From the IMG/VR virus record IMGVR_UViG_3300045988_161654: a stretch of DNA of 41,153 nt; one strand, 5' to 3'. Numbering within the stretch: the first letter of the stretch is position 1; every line of letters starts with the position of its first letter. Made by a program: the position numbers and the translations under genes. Shown piece after piece: positions 27,737 through 34,262 of this stretch. Under the pieces are notes generated by a model. It saw only the letters and a list, made by a program, of their open reading frames with translations, had not been told where the DNA came from and did no database searches. The DNA is from a virus.

Positions 27737-27775
27737 GGATAATGTGTTTCATTTGCGAGACGACACACATTATCC
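27737..27775 (+). other. 11-bp perfect stem hairpin with 17-nt loop
   Basis: GGATAATGTGT (27737..27747) pairs with ACACATTATCC (27765..27775). The 15-mer GCGAGACGACACACA (27755..27769) spans most of the loop and the first 5 bases of the 3' stem arm; it recurs inverted at 26456..26470. Confidence 0.5.
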
Positions 27776-27782
27776 AGAGCAT

Positions 27783-27809
27783 AACCACTTTGAAAAGTGA
27801 TTACTTTTT
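27783..27809 (+). terminator. Rho-independent terminator candidate
   Basis: AACCACTT TGAA AAGTGATT (7 of 8 pairs) followed by ACTTTTT. Confidence 0.45.
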
Positions 27810-27882
27810 GTATTATATACAAAAAACCTTCATTTTTCAAGTGTTTATATAAAATAAATTAAAGAAAAATGGAGGTATTTTC

Positions 27883-29034
27883 ATGGCAGTAAAAACTAAC
27901 TGCGTCAAAAATGGAGTTCCTTATTTTAGGATTCATAGAAAAATAAATGGAAAATATGAAGACTTTTATGGAAAAAACAAATCTGATGCAGAAGAACAAT
28001 ATTACGAAAGAAAAAAAGAAGCTGAAATAGGTGTAATACAAACAAAAGATGTAACCACAAAAATTTTATTACATAAATGGCTTTTCTCCATTAAAACACA
28101 TGATTTAAAAGATTCTTCTTTAGAATCTTATGAAAGCACTTACAGAAATCATATAAAACCATTTGAGTTTTCTGATATACCTATAAAAAGTATATCTAGT
28201 ATTGTTGTCCAGGATTTCTATAATTCACTTTTCAAAAAAGAAAGATCCTCAGAGACTATTGAAGATGTTCATAAATTGTTGAGGCAATTTTATGGATATT
28301 GTGAAAAAGAAGGTTTTATTGGAAAAAATCCATGTAACAAAGGATTAGTAAAAATTCCTAGGGATAAAGATATGGATGTTGATTCTATTATAGAAAAGCA
28401 AAAACTACCTTTTAAATACTTCAAAGATGATGAAATAGAATTATTAAGAAAAGCATTTATTGGAAACAAATACGAAAAGGTGGTGGACTTTGCTCTTGGT
28501 ACTGGAATGAGAGAAGGCGAAATTGTAGGTTTGAAATGGATTAATCTTAATTTTGATAATAAAGAAATCTATGTAAAAAATAATACTACACGTGTCGCAG
28601 TATTTAACGAAGAAGGACAAAAAACTGGATATAAAACCAAAGATGGTACACCAAAAACTGAAAGTAGTATTGATATTATACCTATGTCAGATTTTATCTA
28701 TAATTTATTAATTAATCTTCCTAGAACATCCGAATATGTATTTACCGCTAATGGGCATCAAATAGATAAAAAGGATTTGCAAAAAGTATTTAAGAAAATA
28801 ATAGAAAGTCTAATGAAAGAAAATGATGGATTTGTATATAGAGTATTTCATGATTTAAGACATACTTTTGCTGTAATGTTATTATTAAATGGTGTAGATT
28901 TATATACAATTATGAAGTTATTAAGACATAAAAAAATTTCATCAACTGAAATGTATCTTGCAGTTTTACCCAAAACAAAAGATACATCTGTAAACAAATT
29001 AAACTATTTATTCAAAACTAAAGTGGGAAATTAG
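27883..29034 (+). CDS. int: Tyrosine integrase
   Basis: Catalytic-domain pattern of R, then HDLRHTF (H-x-x-R), then LLRHKKISSTEMYLAV (H...Y). 383 aa, adjacent to attP. Confidence 0.85.
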   Translation: MAVKTNCVKNGVPYFRIHRKINGKYEDFYGKNKSDAEEQYYERKKEAEIGVIQTKDVTTKILLHKWLFSIKTHDLKDSSLESYESTYRNHIKPFEFSDIPIKSISSIVVQDFYNSLFKKERSSETIEDVHKLLRQFYGYCEKEGFIGKNPCNKGLVKIPRDKDMDVDSIIEKQKLPFKYFKDDEIELLRKAFIGNKYEKVVDFALGTGMREGEIVGLKWINLNFDNKEIYVKNNTTRVAVFNEEGQKTGYKTKDGTPKTESSIDIIPMSDFIYNLLINLPRTSEYVFTANGHQIDKKDLQKVFKKIIESLMKENDGFVYRVFHDLRHTFAVMLLLNGVDLYTIMKLLRHKKISSTEMYLAVLPKTKDTSVNKLNYLFKTKVGN

Positions 29035-29041
29035 TGGGAAA
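29022..29041 (+). repeat. Two direct AGTGGGAAA repeats (putative integrase arm-type sites, P arm)
   Basis: Copies at 29022..29030 and 29033..29041. The same 9-mer is repeated on the other side of the core. Confidence 0.45.
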
Positions 29042-29051
29042 AAGCAAAAAT

Positions 29052-29084
29052 AGCAAGGTGTTACAAATCTCTGTAACCCTTGCT
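29052..29084 (-). terminator. Strong hairpin terminator following the tuf-like terminal codons (also downstream of int)
   Basis: On the minus strand, AGCAAGGGTTACA GAGATT TGTAAC(A)CCTTGCT followed by ATTTTTGCTTTTT. Confidence 0.6.
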
Positions 29085-29097
29085 ATTACTGTATTTA

Positions 29098-29139
29098 TTA
29101 TTCAATGATGTCAGCAACAACACCTGAACCAACTGTTCT
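29098..29139 (-). other. attP core candidate: 3-prime end of an EF-Tu (tuf) gene, 13 codons plus stop
   Basis: The minus strand reads AGA ACA GTT GGT TCA GGT GTT GTT GCT GAC ATC ATT GAA TAA, which translates to RTVGSGVVADIIE-stop. This matches the conserved EF-Tu C-terminus (...GGRTVG(A/S)GVV...). Confidence 0.6.
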
Positions 29140-29240
29140 GTTCTAATATTATTATACATTTTCAAACACTCTTGAAATGCTTATATTTCAACATTTATTA
29201 TTTTTATATTTTCAAACATTTTTAATCGTTTTTGTACTAG

Positions 29241-29268
29241 AGTGGGAAAAAAGTGGGAAAGTGGGAAT
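29241..29268 (+). repeat. Three direct (A)GTGGGAA(A/T) repeats (putative arm-type sites, P-prime arm)
   Basis: Copies at 29241..29249, 29252..29260 and 29260..29268. Confidence 0.45.
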
Positions 29269-29366
29269 TATCTATTCCAATTAAATCCATCTTGAACACC
29301 CTTTTTATAAATTTTATTAGAATATTTTTTAAATATATGTAAAAGTATTTTGTCAATTAAATTCAA
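29268..29366 (-). CDS. Possible small basic ORF (32 aa, TTG start)
   Basis: GGAGGAGG RBS 7 nt before TTG. Sequence is MNLIDKILLHIFKKYSNKIYKKGVQDGFNWNR. An extended -10 (TGATATAAT, 29411..29419) lies upstream. Confidence 0.25.
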   Translation of the reverse strand: MNLIDKILLHIFKKYSNKIYKKGVQDGFNWNR

Positions 29367-29435
29367 CTTATTACCTCCTCCTTTTATTTATTGGAGATAT
29401 CTCTATTTTTATTATATCATATTATGTAAATTTTA

Positions 29436-29458
29436 ATAACTACTTTACAGCATAGTTA
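29436..29458. promoter_or_regulatory. Inverted-repeat motif ATAACTA-N9-ATAGTTA, copy a
   Basis: Arms are identical to the copies at 29740..29762 and 34203..34225. It lies 19 nt upstream of a minus-strand TATAAT (29411..29416). Confidence 0.45.
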
Positions 29459-29538
29459 TTTTCTTTCAAAACCCTTGCTATGTCTAATTTACAAAATTCG
29501 ACTTTTTTCTACAAAATACCACAAATTACCATTTTTCA

Positions 29539-29706
29539 CTATTTTAAATCATCAATTAAATTATCTATATATTCACTTGCTTTATCTTGCTGAGCCAATA
29601 ATTCATATTTGACATTCTCTATCAAATCTATTGCATCATCATATTTTTTATTTTCTATTGTACTTTTTATATAATCTAATTTTTGAATTAAGTCTTCTGT
29701 ATCCAT
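29539..29706 (-). CDS. Small acidic helical protein (55 aa, below ORF-track cutoff)
   Basis: MDTEDLIQKLDYIKSTIENKKYDDAIDLIENVKYELLAQQDKASEYIDNLIDDLK. AAGAGGTG RBS. An extended -10 (TGATATAAT) lies upstream. Confidence 0.45.
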   Translation of the reverse strand: MDTEDLIQKLDYIKSTIENKKYDDAIDLIENVKYELLAQQDKASEYIDNLIDDLK

Positions 29707-29739
29707 TTCAACACCTCTTTGTATAGATTATATCATTTT

Positions 29740-29762
29740 ATAACTATTTTGTAAAATAGTTA
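29740..29762. promoter_or_regulatory. Inverted-repeat motif ATAACTA-N9-ATAGTTA, copy b (11-bp perfect palindrome arms)
   Basis: ATAACTATTTT GT AAAATAGTTAT. It sits between the divergent small ORF (29706, minus) and the HTH gene (29841, plus), 7 nt from the minus-strand TGATATAAT. Confidence 0.5.
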
Positions 29763-29840
29763 TTTTATGACCAAGTTGCTTTTAGGCTAGTTAAAATAAA
29801 TGTAAGTTTGTTCTAAAATATCTATATAGGAGGTGATTAA

Positions 29841-30086
29841 ATGATTTGTATAAATGTAGATCAATTATTAAAAAAACAAAAGAAAAGTAAATATTGGTTT
29901 GTAAAAAATATGGGTGGTAGCTATCAGTCCTTATCTAATTTAATAAATAACACAACTACAAGTATTCATTTTGAAACACTTGAAAGAATTTGTGAAATTT
30001 TAGATTGCGAACCTGGAGATATAATTATCAGAAAAAAAGGAAAAAGGAGGAAAGATAAAAATGAGCAAACTACTAAAGCAGTATAA
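29841..30086 (+). CDS. Cro/C1-type HTH regulator (HTH_26/YozG-like)
   Basis: SKYWFVKNMGGSYQSLSNLINNTTTSIHFETLERICEILDCEPGDII matches the HTH_26 pattern. Basic tail. Confidence 0.65.
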   Translation: MICINVDQLLKKQKKSKYWFVKNMGGSYQSLSNLINNTTTSIHFETLERICEILDCEPGDIIIRKKGKRRKDKNEQTTKAV

Positions 30087-30462
30087 TGAATTAAAACAAA
30101 AAGATAAAAACAAAGTCTATTTATTTAAAGTTGGAATCTTTTATAACATAATAAATGAAGATGCTAAAATCATCAACGAGAAACTAGGCCTAAAGCTCAC
30201 AGATTTGGGGCCTAATATTTCAAAATGTGGCTTTCCTATTTCTCAATTAGATAAATATATCATACTACTAAATAAAATGAAAATAAAGTACAAAATTATA
30301 GATAATTTACCTAATAATTCTAATATCAATGACTATATGAAAAATATTGAAATTAAGAAAATACTAAATAAAATTACAACTACGGATATGGATAATATAA
30401 CTTTTCATCAAGCCTTCGATATTTTACTTGATATTCAAACTAAATTAAAAAATATAGAGTAG
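30061..30462 (+). CDS. Stand-alone MutS domain I-like protein (133 aa)
   Basis: LLKQYNELKQKDKNKVYLFKVGIFYNIINEDAKIINEKLGLKLT...CGFPISQLDKYIILLNKMKIKYKIID aligns by eye to the MutS N-terminus (MQQYLxLKxxxPxxLLFxRxGDFYELFxxDAxxxxxxLxIxLT...AGxPxxxxxxYxxxLxxxGxxVAICEQ). Confidence 0.6.
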   Translation: MSKLLKQYNELKQKDKNKVYLFKVGIFYNIINEDAKIINEKLGLKLTDLGPNISKCGFPISQLDKYIILLNKMKIKYKIIDNLPNNSNINDYMKNIEIKKILNKITTTDMDNITFHQAFDILLDIQTKLKNIE

Positions 30463-30479
30463 AGGATTTTTTCCTCTAC
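30459..30479. terminator. Bidirectional hairpin terminator between convergent genes
   Basis: GTAGAGGA TTTTT TCCTCTAC, an 8-bp perfect stem lying between the stop codons at 30462 and 30481. Confidence 0.6.
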
Positions 30480-30480
30480 T

Positions 30481-31665
30481 TTATATTTTTAAAACTTGTC
30501 CAGGATATATTTTATTTGGATTTGCAATTCCATTTTTTCTTGCAATTTCTTGATATGTAGTACCATATTTTACTGCAATTGCTGACAATGTATCCCCAGA
30601 TTTTACTGTATATGTTTTTGAAACATCTTGTGTATTTGTTGTATTATTCGTTGCTCCATTTATTTTTAAAACTTGCCCTGGATATATTTTATTTGGATTT
30701 GATATACCATTATCTGATGCAATTTTTTGATATGTAGTGCCATATTTTGCTGCAATTGCTGATAGTGTATCTCCTCTCTTTACTGTATATGTTGTGCCAT
30801 TATTAGATGTTGGATTTGTATTTGTTGTATTTGCTCCTGGAATAACTAAAGACTGACCAACATAAATAATATATGGACTTTTTATTCCATTTGCACTTGC
30901 TATATCCTTCCAATTAACTCCTAATCTACTTCCTATTGCTGATAGGCAATCCCCACTTTTTACTCTGTATATAGAAGTCGTTGTATCAGAATTATCAGAT
31001 GGGTCTTCAGTTGGAACAGGAGTAGGATTAGTATTTCCATTTTTATTTAGTACAAAATCTTTATATGCATAGTTCATATCAAGGTTTCCACTATATCCAT
31101 TCAATTTTCCCTCTGATGTAAATTGCCATATACCACAATTATTTGCATTTTCTCCATCAGGAGATGTTGCATTTCCTTTTTGTTTTCCAGCAGAAACTGG
31201 CCAATGAGCAACCCATTTATCAAACCTTGTTAGTCCTGCCAATTGATTCTTAAACCAACTAGAATTTGCATATACTATTGCATAATATCCTGCATTCTCA
31301 AATATTTCTCCTTCAGCTGTGCATATAGCCTTAAGAGTTTCATTTGAAGGCATACCATTTCTTCCCTTATATCCGTCTGCATCTTCCATATCAATACATA
31401 AAAACGCTGGTTTTATTGAATAACTATTTGCAAGTTCAACCAATTTTTGAGCTTCCTCTTTTGCTTTTTCAACATTTAATGCATATGAATAAACATATAA
31501 GCCATATGGCTTTCCATTTTGAATTGCTAAATTAACATTTCTATCAACTTTACTATCTTTTTTCCAAGCAAAAGCTCTAAATATAAAAAAGTCCACTTGT
31601 GAACTTAATGCTTTTATATCTATATCTCCTTGCCAGGCAGATATATCTGGTCCTTTATAAGCCAT
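30481..31665 (-). CDS. Endolysin: GH25 muramidase + three LysM repeats
   Basis: N-terminal [16 protein letters not shown]...CIDMED pattern of GH25. Three C-terminal Y(R/T)VKxGDxLSAI...YxGQxLxI LysM modules. Confidence 0.85.
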   Translation of the reverse strand: MAYKGPDISAWQGDIDIKALSSQVDFFIFRAFAWKKDSKVDRNVNLAIQNGKPYGLYVYSYALNVEKAKEEAQKLVELANSYSIKPAFLCIDMEDADGYKGRNGMPSNETLKAICTAEGEIFENAGYYAIVYANSSWFKNQLAGLTRFDKWVAHWPVSAGKQKGNATSPDGENANNCGIWQFTSEGKLNGYSGNLDMNYAYKDFVLNKNGNTNPTPVPTEDPSDNSDTTTSIYRVKSGDCLSAIGSRLGVNWKDIASANGIKSPYIIYVGQSLVIPGANTTNTNPTSNNGTTYTVKRGDTLSAIAAKYGTTYQKIASDNGISNPNKIYPGQVLKINGATNNTTNTQDVSKTYTVKSGDTLSAIAVKYGTTYQEIARKNGIANPNKIYPGQVLKI

Positions 31666-31763
31666 TATTCCTCACCTTCCTCTTCATAATTTCTTAAATT
31701 TTCTGCATTTCCTAATTCTATTGCTAATTCTTTGCCTTCTTCCATATTGCATTACCTCCTTAT

Positions 31764-31802
31764 AAAAAATAATACTGGAAGATTTTTTATTTTTCTTCCA
31801 GT
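31764..31802 (-). terminator. Hairpin plus T-run between the holin and endolysin genes
   Basis: ACTGGAAGA (31774..31782) pairs with TCTTCCAGT (31794..31802), a 9-bp stem with an 11-nt loop. On the minus strand it is followed by ATTATTTTTTAT. Confidence 0.4.
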
Positions 31803-31834
31803 ATTCTATATATACCGTAATTTTTTTACGGTGT

Positions 31835-32014
31835 TTATTCAGTTTTATTTGTATTACTTTCTTTCAGTTGTGTTCCAAAATAAAAAGCAATTATCATTAA
31901 ATATATTTGTTCTATATTCATTTGTCCCATTATTGCTTTATATGCAACTACTAATGTTAAGATCAAGGTTACTAAACTTTTTACATTTATTAATTTTGCG
32001 ATTTTATCTTTCAT
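31835..32014 (-). CDS. Putative holin (59 aa, two hydrophobic segments; below ORF-track cutoff)
   Basis: MKDKIAKLINVKSLVTLILTLVVAYKAIMGQMNIEQIYLMIIAFYFGTQLKESNTNKTE. AGGAGG RBS 6 nt upstream. Lies upstream of the endolysin. Confidence 0.55.
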   Translation of the reverse strand: MKDKIAKLINVKSLVTLILTLVVAYKAIMGQMNIEQIYLMIIAFYFGTQLKESNTNKTE

Positions 32015-32024
32015 AATAGACCTC

Positions 32025-32321
32025 CTATTTACCTAATTTATCTTCAATTCTTATTAATTTTTCATTAATATTGCTAAATTGTTGAATTGCTCTATCATCG
32101 TGTTGTCTATATTCTGCTGTATTATTATCAATGCTTGTTTTTAATAGATTAAGACTTTCTGCTATATTATTATTTGAATTGGAAAGTTCTTTTAAGACTT
32201 GTGTATTATTTTCTTTTTCCTCTTTTTTGTCTTTCCTATCAGCAACAAAAATATAAATAAAAAGAGCTGCCAAAACGACAGTTCCTCCATAATTAAATAT
32301 TAAGTTTGCAAACTCTTCCAC
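32025..32321 (-). CDS. Lysis-associated membrane protein (BhlA/XhlA-like: one N-terminal TM helix plus coiled coil)
   Basis: NYGGTVVLAALFIYIFV helix followed by a K/E-rich coiled coil. Position is between the fibre chaperone and the holin. Confidence 0.45.
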   Translation of the reverse strand: MEEFANLIFNYGGTVVLAALFIYIFVADRKDKKEEKENNTQVLKELSNSNNNIAESLNLLKTSIDNNTAEYRQHDDRAIQQFSNINEKLIRIEDKLGK

Positions 32322-32324
32322 ATT

Positions 32325-32852
32325 TTATTCCTCTCTTTCATCATTAGTATTTGGTTCAATAGGAAATTCAACATTATATGGAAAACCCTCTTGTTTTGTT
32401 ATGTCTCTTAGTGCTTGTCTATATTTTGCATAATTTCCATTGATTGATTCTCCTAATCCTTCAAAGAATTTCTTTACTACTGATATAATAGTCCCTGTAG
32501 TTATATTTTCAGGTATTTCTATCCCAAGTCTATCTAGGCACATATATTTATCACTTTCTTGTAATAATTTATTTCTTTTTTCTCTGATTATTGTTGCCAA
32601 TTCATTAAATTCTGTATCTTTTGCCAATTGTAACCACTCTTTGTATTTTTCAATATCATCATTTAATTCTTTTTCTAATTCATCTCTATAATTTGCTTTT
32701 AATCTATATGTATCAAATGAATACTTTTTTTCATTTTCTTCTATTGCTTCTATTTCCTGAACATTGTCAAAAAATACAATATCACACTTTCCGTCAATAA
32801 TATTTTCTATTTCAAATTTGTTTTCTGGTTTTAAATTGCTTTCTACTTTCAT
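32325..32852 (-). CDS. Tail-fibre assembly chaperone-like protein
   Basis: IIREKRNKLLQESDKYMCLDR resembles the R..LL..SDW motif of phage tail assembly chaperone domains. Acidic, and downstream of the fibre genes. Confidence 0.45.
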   Translation of the reverse strand: MKVESNLKPENKFEIENIIDGKCDIVFFDNVQEIEAIEENEKKYSFDTYRLKANYRDELEKELNDDIEKYKEWLQLAKDTEFNELATIIREKRNKLLQESDKYMCLDRLGIEIPENITTGTIISVVKKFFEGLGESINGNYAKYRQALRDITKQEGFPYNVEFPIEPNTNDEREE

Positions 32853-33877
32853 TTCTAATCACTCCCTTGCATTTGTTCAAATCCACATAGGGTTTGACAT
32901 ATTTTTGATTAAAGTTATATGAATTGCAATGTTTTAGCCACCCATAATAACTTAGAGATGCACTAGCATCCGTATAACTAATATTATTTTTTTTATAAAT
33001 CTTTTTGTATCTTCTTTTTATTCTCAAAAAATTACTTTTTCGTAAAGTAGTATATCCTCTATAAAACCTATAACCTAAAAAATCAAGTGGTCTTGAATCA
33101 ACTTTAAATAATTGCCAATTCTCTTTTAGTGTCAATTTTTCCTGTTTTAAAAATATTTCTATTTTGTCTTTTATTTTATGCAATTCCTTTTTATTTCTAT
33201 GAAATAGCACCATATCATCCATATATCTTAAATAATATGGAACTTTCAACTCCTCTTTAATATAATGATCCAAGTCTTGTAAAAAGAAATTTGCAAACCA
33301 TTGACTGGTATAATTTCCGTATTGGAACTCCACTTTCTGTACTATCTATAATAATATCTATTAAATCCAAAGTGTCCCTATCTTTTATAATTCGCAAAAA
33401 TTTATTTTTTAATATTTGTTTATCTATACTTGGATAAAATTTTTTAATATCTAATTTCAAACAGTATTTAGTATTTTTTCTATTTCTCACAAGTATTTTC
33501 TTTAAATATTTCATCCCATGCATTATTCCTCTATTTTTTACTGAGCCACAGCAATATTCATACATTCCCTTCATTATAAGTGGTTGTATTTGTTGCATTA
33601 AAGCCCAATGAACAATTTGATCAGGATAAAAACATGGTTTATATATAATTCTCTCTTTTTTTCTTACTCCATCATGAATTTTCATTTCTACATAAGGCTT
33701 TGGTTTATATGTTTTTGTTGAAAGTTTTTTATATATTTCCTCAACATAAAATACACTATTATTTATTACTTGACTCACATTTTCTCTTTGTTTTTTACCT
33801 TTTGAAGCATTAAGCATAGCTTTATATATATTGTTTTTATCAATTATTTTAGGATAAATATTTTTAGCTGTTTTCAT
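32812..33877 (-). CDS. DGR reverse transcriptase, interrupted by a 1-nt frame change near 33319 (ORFs 33257..33877 and 32812..33333)
   Basis: Motifs seen: YKPCFYPDQIVHWAL, LKLDIKKFYPSID, GVPI|GNYTSQWFANFFL (the DGR-specific SQ-FAN motif, split across the two frames), RYMDDMVLF (YxDD) and FLGYRF. Combined length is about 354 aa. Confidence 0.85.
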
Positions 33878-34014
33878 TTTTACTCCTGGTTATCTTATTT
33901 TTGTCTACCGACTTTTCATTTAAAAGAAACTACTAGGCCAGTCCAGTTCGACTAATTTTCAGCAAGGGCTGTGGAAAATGATGTGTAATAATAAATTATT
34001 ATTTTCAAAAATAA

Positions 34015-34126
34015 AAACACGAGCCCCGCAATTCCAATTCGCATTCGAAGAGTCATTGTTCAAATTCCAATACCACAAGCCATCGTTAGTACCATTGTTC
34101 GAATTACCGCCAACACGAGCAACCCT
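34015..34126 (-). repeat. DGR template repeat (TR), 112 bp
   Basis: 97 of 112 positions are identical to the VR. It contains 25 coding-strand adenines, including 10 AAY codons. The frame reads RVARVGGNSNNGTNDGLWYWNLNNDSSNANWNCGARV. Confidence 0.9.
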
Positions 34127-34202
34127 AAACGAGAAACAAATGCTAGAACTCCTACACATCAAATCCCATTGCCAAATATTATACTAAAATAAAAACAAAA
34201 AA

Positions 34203-34225
34203 ATAACTACTCTACAAAATAGTTA
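34203..34225. promoter_or_regulatory. Inverted-repeat motif ATAACTA-N9-ATAGTTA, copy c, upstream of the putative TR/RT promoter
   Basis: Same arms and same 19-nt distance to a minus-strand TATAAT (34178..34183) as copy a. It could also act as a weak terminator, since a T-run follows on the minus strand. Confidence 0.45.
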
Positions 34226-34233
34226 GGTTAGCT

Positions 34234-34259
34234 GGGAGGCTGGTCGCCCCCAGACCCCC
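34234..34259 (-). other. GC-rich imperfect hairpin immediately 3-prime of the VR (DGR target-recognition element candidate)
   Basis: GGGAGGCTGG TCGCCC CCAGACCCCC gives 8 of 10 pairs. It starts 4 nt after the fibre stop codon, inside a GC-rich island in an AT-rich genome. Confidence 0.55.
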
Positions 34260-34262
34260 ACT

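Noticed and set aside
27649-28041. Minus-strand ORFs 27649..27840 and 27859..28041
   Set aside because: They are antisense to the zinc-ribbon membrane gene, its terminators and the integrase start. They have no RBS and hydrophobic low-complexity products typical of AT-rich shadow frames.
29022-29268. Repeated GTGGGAA units, considered as a possible CRISPR-like array
   Set aside because: The units are only 7 to 9 nt, five copies in two clusters, with no regular spacer structure. Their position around the attP core fits integrase arm-type sites instead.
30484-30800. Near-identical roughly 130-nt tandem segments at the 3-prime end of the endolysin gene
   Set aside because: They encode successive LysM cell-wall-binding modules (YTVK(R/S)GDTLSAIA...[10 protein letters not shown]). 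This is an ordinary domain duplication, not a mobile or regulatory repeat.
31732-32016. Plus-strand 94-aa ORF between the endolysin and the BhlA/XhlA-like gene
   Set aside because: It is antisense to an SD-preceded 59-aa holin-like ORF (31835..32014). The holin-like ORF fits the lysis-cassette context, and the plus ORF has no RBS.
32025-32321. 98-aa ORF downstream of the RT, considered as the missing Avd
   Set aside because: It has an N-terminal transmembrane helix and a coiled-coil, and it sits with the holin and endolysin. This is more consistent with a BhlA/XhlA-type lysis protein than with a soluble basic four-helix bundle.
33959-34187. ORFs 33959..34162 (minus) and 33978..34187 (plus), considered as possible Avd or another DGR accessory gene
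   Set aside because: They simply read through the template repeat. The minus-frame product is the Asn-rich copy of the fibre C-terminus. There is no RBS, and the region is expected to function as RNA.
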